Assembly: GCA_965216635.1 (NCBI GenBank)
Contig: OZ244188.1
Span: 384,001 to 448,000 of the forward strand
Origin: a bacterium
GTDB taxonomy: Bacteria; SAR324; XYD2-FULL-50-16; G965216635
Direction of reading: 5' to 3'
DNA length: 64,000 nt
Shown here: positions 60,181 to 64,000 of the stretch, in pieces
Numbering within the stretch: position 1 is the first letter of the stretch
Layout: every line of letters begins with the position of its first letter
Notes under the pieces: generated by a model
What the model was told of the DNA's origin: nothing
Databases searched by the model: none
What the model saw: the letters and a program-made list of their open reading frames with translations, nothing else
Program-made: the position numbers and the translations under genes

Positions 60181-61455
60181 CTACTTGAAGAGATAGACGA
60201 AGCGAATAAAAAGGGCAGCAGGTGCTTCTACTTCTATCGTTGTTTTTGTAGGCACAGGTGGCGTGTTGTAGGTTTCTATGTTCGTCGTTTGCACTTCACC
60301 ATAGGTGGGATTTACTGTTCCTTCTACTAGTATTCTTCTATCTTCCGCACTAAAGACGTTGTTTATGATATTATTTCTATTATCAGAAAAAAAAACCTGA
60401 ATGAGAGTGCTATGTGGATTATTTTCACTTCCTCCTACCAATACAGAGGAGGTAATAGGACTTGGCTCTGCCTGTAGTGCTAATGAGGTTCTTGTTGGCT
60501 CAGGTGCTGCAAGCACCTGTTTTACAGAGAGCTTTGCCCCCACCCACAGCAGTCCCGCTTCTATGGAAAAGTTTTTGCTAAAATTTCGCTTATAGCCAAG
60601 ATGAACGGCGGGGGCTATTTTTGAATCCGAGCCTCCGTTTGTTTCTAGCTTGGCTTGGGCTAAACCAGCTCCTGCATAGAGCCCGTAGGGCAGGTGCCAA
60701 TCTACTAGTACAATTTGACTATCCAGCTTGTTATCTCCCGCACTCCATTGGTGTAGGCTCAAAGAAAGACGAAATTTTTCAAAGTCGTAGCCTAGTTGCA
60801 ATCCGTTACCTGCTAAACTGGTATTTTCGTTGCTACTGGAAGGCGATAGAGCAGAATCTACAGATGTTCCTGTTAAATCACTAAAAGAATTTGCAAGCCT
60901 TTGGAAGTGCTTGAAACAGAGAGTTTCATCTGTCGTTGCTGTAGCGGGTGGAACAGCATTAGAATTTGCGTCAAACTGAAGAGCAAAATAGGTTCCAACA
61001 CCACTATAGCTACCATCTGTACAAACATTCACTACATTATTTATTACTAGTGTGTCATAAGTCGCACTGAAACCGATATGAGCAGAGGTTAATATAGCCT
61101 CTACACCTGGCGTTGCGTCCACCAAAGATACATTCTTGGGGATACTCGCACTGAAATCTATACTCGTAGAATCCAATGTTCTGGTGCCAGTTGTTACTAT
61201 TTCTGTAAGGGTGGTGTTTTCTGTCGTGGTTTTTATTTTAGCACCTAGGTAAAAGGGACTAACCCCGATAGACCAACCTTGCTGTCTTGCTTCTTGGGCT
61301 TGCAGATTATTTACTCCCGCAAAAAGTAAAAGCAAGCACGAAAGCGAAGCTAAAATTGCCAGGGTTATTTTGCTTGATTTCACGATTTCTTTTGTTTGCA
61401 TAATTTCTTTTGTTTGCACAATTTCTTGTGATTTTATAATTTTTTGAAATTCCAT
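60181..61455 (-). CDS. Outer-membrane beta-barrel-like protein, paralog 1 of 3
   Basis: Same scaffold as its neighbours. Confidence 0.7.
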   Translation of the reverse strand: MEFQKIIKSQEIVQTKEIMQTKEIVKSSKITLAILASLSCLLLLFAGVNNLQAQEARQQGWSIGVSPFYLGAKIKTTTENTTLTEIVTTGTRTLDSTSIDFSASIPKNVSLVDATPGVEAILTSAHIGFSATYDTLVINNVVNVCTDGSYSGVGTYFALQFDANSNAVPPATATTDETLCFKHFQRLANSFSDLTGTSVDSALSPSSSNENTSLAGNGLQLGYDFEKFRLSLSLHQWSAGDNKLDSQIVLVDWHLPYGLYAGAGLAQAKLETNGGSDSKIAPAVHLGYKRNFSKNFSIEAGLLWVGAKLSVKQVLAAPEPTRTSLALQAEPSPITSSVLVGGSENNPHSTLIQVFFSDNRNNIINNVFSAEDRRILVEGTVNPTYGEVQTTNIETYNTPPVPTKTTIEVEAPAALFIRFVYLFK

Positions 61456-61476
61456 AGTCTTTTTGTGGTTAATTTT

Positions 61477-61633
61477 GGTTATTCGGTTTTATTTTTACAA
61501 AACTTTATAAAGAATAACTAAAAAAATAAAAATAATCAATCTTTTTTTTAGTTAATTTAGGTTATTCAGTTTTATTTTTATAAAACTTTATAAAGGGTAA
61601 CTAAAAAAATAAAAACAATCAATCTTTTTTTTT
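61477..61633. repeat. 84-bp tandem duplication upstream of the OMP array
   Basis: ggttattc(g/a)gttttattttta at 61477 and 61561. Confidence 0.85.
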
Positions 61634-61745
61634 TAGTTTGCTTGTTTTTGCTTGTTTTTGGGGGGATTTTTTCTAAATTATTATAAAAATTCCCAATAAT
61701 AAATAAAGTGTGAATTATTTTTAGTTAAAAAGCAACCCCTACATT

Positions 61746-61795
61746 GAGACTTTTGCCAGTAGTGAAATTTAGCGTTCGTTTAGCCAAAACAAAGC
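61746..61795. mobile_element. Degenerate MITE end remnant
   Basis: gagacttttg ... aatttagcgttcgtttagccaaaac resembles the family ends. Confidence 0.4.
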
Positions 61796-61820
61796 GGAAT
61801 TGCTTTTACTCCAATATAAG

Positions 61821-63002
61821 CTAAGCCTGTTTGGGTTTTTTGGTAGGCAGAAAAATTGCCAATAAAAATACAATACAAAGCAAAAAACTACTCAAGAAAA
61901 ATAAGCCCACAAATTCTCGGGTAATTTCGTAAAATTTAGAGACGACTAAAACAGCAGCAGGTCCTGCCCCAAAAGCAAGGATAAACTTGCATCCATAAAT
62001 TAGCCCGTGATATTTATGCGGGGTGAAACTCGCCAAAAGCATATTCTCTGCAGGTAAAACACTCGTATTAAAAGCTACAATCAAAAGCAATAATAAAACT
62101 AAAACAATTCCAGAACTTTGAGCCGCAAAAAAGAGCAAAGGAGCTTGCAATAGGATGCCAATAGAATAAACAGGTTTGAGCGGATATCTATCGGCTAAAA
62201 ATCCTCCCAAAACAGAAGTCAAACCGCTCACACCATAGATTATGGCAACAAGTCCGCCTACGCCAAAAGCTTCAAATCTCAAACTGTTTGTAAAACGAAT
62301 TTCTAAAAGTTTTGGCACTGCAGTTTGTGTAAGCTGAAAAACTAACCCTAAACAAAAAATACTTACCAACATAATTAAGGCTATGCCTATGAGTTGTTTG
62401 GATTTTTTAGGAATAGTAGGCTCGGCTGTGCTAGAGTTTTTGAGCGCTATTTTTTTTATAAAAATATGATAGCCAAGTGCTACGGCTACGAATAGTGTAA
62501 AAACAGCAGGCACAATAAACGCCATCTGCCAACCCCAAAATTCAATCAAAAACCCCGCAAAAATACCACCTAATCCGATTCCCATTACTCCAAAAATTCC
62601 GTTAATACCTAAAGCTCGCCCTTTTTTTTTGGAGCTATTAATTACCCAAGCAATAGCTACTGGATGATAGATAGCACAAAAAAGTCCCAAAAAAGTTAAA
62701 CCAATAAAAAGCGTAGTCTTGCTATAACTAATCCCGCAAAGCAAAGAAGAAATCCCCAAACCTAAAAACATCACCAACATCATACCAGACCTGCTCCACC
62801 TATCGCTGAGCCAACCCGCTGGAATTGCAGCCAAGCCGACAAGCAAAGAGCCCAAAACCCAAAGTTTCAAAAGCTCCTCGTAAGGAAGAAGCCAAACCTT
62901 TTCTATGGCAAGCACAATCACAAAATAAAAAGCCGCAAACATATGCATTAGGGCGTGCCCTATCGCAGAATAAATTAAAGCTAAATTTTTCTCTTTTTTC
63001 AT
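61821..63002 (-). CDS. MFS transporter
   Basis: GWLSDRWSR and GFLADRY motifs; about 12 transmembrane segments. Confidence 0.9.
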   Translation of the reverse strand: MKKEKNLALIYSAIGHALMHMFAAFYFVIVLAIEKVWLLPYEELLKLWVLGSLLVGLAAIPAGWLSDRWSRSGMMLVMFLGLGISSLLCGISYSKTTLFIGLTFLGLFCAIYHPVAIAWVINSSKKKGRALGINGIFGVMGIGLGGIFAGFLIEFWGWQMAFIVPAVFTLFVAVALGYHIFIKKIALKNSSTAEPTIPKKSKQLIGIALIMLVSIFCLGLVFQLTQTAVPKLLEIRFTNSLRFEAFGVGGLVAIIYGVSGLTSVLGGFLADRYPLKPVYSIGILLQAPLLFFAAQSSGIVLVLLLLLIVAFNTSVLPAENMLLASFTPHKYHGLIYGCKFILAFGAGPAAVLVVSKFYEITREFVGLFFLSSFLLCIVFLLAIFLPTKKPKQA

Positions 63003-63035
63003 TTTTTTTGGTTTATATTTGATGGGGTTATGAAA

Positions 63036-63360
63036 TTAGTATTGAAATATCTCTACCAATAAATTAGAAACTTTTTTAGAATCTATACTAGATAAACAGC
63101 CGATTTTTTTAACAATTCTGGTTTTATCAATAGTCCTAATTTGATCTAAAAGAACTAATCCGTTTTTATTATCAAATTTGATTTTGACTCTAAAAACAGC
63201 ATCAAAGCCTTTGCTGGTTATAGGAGCTACAAGGAGCGTTTTTAAGCTACGCATTTCATTGGGAAAAATACAACCAAGGGCGAGTTTTTTTTATTTCAGA
63301 GCCAATGGTTGGATTTAAACGCACCAGTATAATATCAAATCGTGCAATATTTTTTACCAC
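63036..63360 (-). pseudogene. mazF: PemK/MazF toxin, frameshifted
   Basis: GTG start overlapping the antitoxin; LNPTIGSEIKKTRP then a frameshift near 63265-63278; downstream frame has APITS and DQIRTIDKTR. Confidence 0.8.
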
Positions 63361-63617
63361 TGCCAATTTTTTATATCGTCATCGTGATTGAGAAAATCAT
63401 CCAGCTGTCCTTCATCCATCTGGTCAGAATGCTTTGCTAGTGTCTGATTTATTTTTTTCTCCCAGTTTTTTCTTGGTTGACTGGAAGTAGGTTTTAATAA
63501 TAAACCTCCACTGCTTACTTTAAACTCAATCTCTTTGTTTTCAAGATTCGCTTGTTTGATAATTGCCTGAGGAATACGCACTCCTCGGGAATTACCTATT
63601 TTAGTGATTGTTGTCAT
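63354..63617 (-). CDS. mazE: AbrB/MazE antitoxin
   Basis: KIGNSRGVRIP motif. Confidence 0.88.
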   Translation of the reverse strand: MTTITKIGNSRGVRIPQAIIKQANLENKEIEFKVSSGGLLLKPTSSQPRKNWEKKINQTLAKHSDQMDEGQLDDFLNHDDDIKNWQW

Positions 63618-63641
63618 AGTTGATTGTTGCGGTAAATTTTA

Positions 63642-63674
63642 ATGTTATTATAAAGTAATTACATCAATAAGCAA
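63642..63674 (-). promoter_or_regulatory. TA promoter with overlapping imperfect palindrome (autoregulatory operator)
   Basis: TTGCTT-16 bp-TATAAT on the minus strand; atgttatta / taattacat. Confidence 0.45.
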
Positions 63675-63727
63675 ATTTTTTCTCTTTTTTCATTTTGATT
63701 ATTTTGATATACAGTTATATTATAGTA

Positions 63728-63870
63728 TAGACTTTTGAATTTCGCTGATGTGACGGCTAGGCAAGGCAAAAAAATATTCCAGCGAGCTAAAAAATTTTTT
63801 CGCACCTGTTCTAACCATTTGACTAGCCGTCACAGCTAGTTTTGTCCTATTTGGCAAATTCAAAGGTCTA
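63728..63870. mobile_element. MITE-like element (143 bp)
   Basis: tagacttttgaattt ... aaattcaaaggtcta; flanks tagta/taata. Confidence 0.85.
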
Positions 63871-63896
63871 TAATATTCAATAATAAGGAGAAAAAA

Positions 63897-64000
63897 ATGA
63901 GTATAATTAATGAAATTGGGGCAACGGCTTTTATTATTGCCGCATACCGAGCAGAAGAAGAGGCAAATAATTCACCTTTATTTGTAGATTCTTATGCTAA
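63897..64000 (+). CDS. SAM-dependent methyltransferase (LCM-like), runs off the window
   Basis: AAGGAG RBS; MSIINEIGATAFIIAAYRAEE..PLFVDSYA. Confidence 0.65.
   Translation, partial: MSIINEIGATAFIIAAYRAEEEANNSPLFVDSYA

Noticed and set aside
39578..61455. RT plus variable OMP paralogs as a diversity-generating retroelement
   Set aside because: The RT has retron X/Y motifs and its own msr-msd. OMP differences include indels and are not adenine-specific, and no template repeat was seen.
959..63022. Many short ORFs antisense to or nested in long genes
   Set aside because: They are shadow ORFs with no recognisable motifs.

Overview
AT-rich bacterial chromosomal window. Housekeeping and metabolic genes include a taurine-type ABC transporter, lon, tRNA-Leu(TAA), dapF, aat, dsbD, yacG, a lactate oxidation/TRAP/hydroxyacid cluster, uvrA, gabD, engB, znuBC, nadE and alr. 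Five accessory features stand out. (1) A defence island at about 35.4-47.1 kb carries several restriction-modification modules and a complete, apparently intact retron: msr-msd ncRNA with a 33-bp perfect stem and Y-branched top, an NDT-like effector, and an RT. (2) A dispersed, mosaic family of MITE-like palindromic elements has 5-bp target-site duplications; one copy can be compared with empty sites and two interrupt genes. (3) A GMC-oxidoreductase cassette is bracketed by 628-bp direct repeats. (4) Gene starts and promoters are repeatedly duplicated in tandem. (5) Three tandem outer-membrane protein paralogs have hypervariable segments. Several toxin-antitoxin loci are also present. All calls come from reading motifs by eye; no database searches were run.
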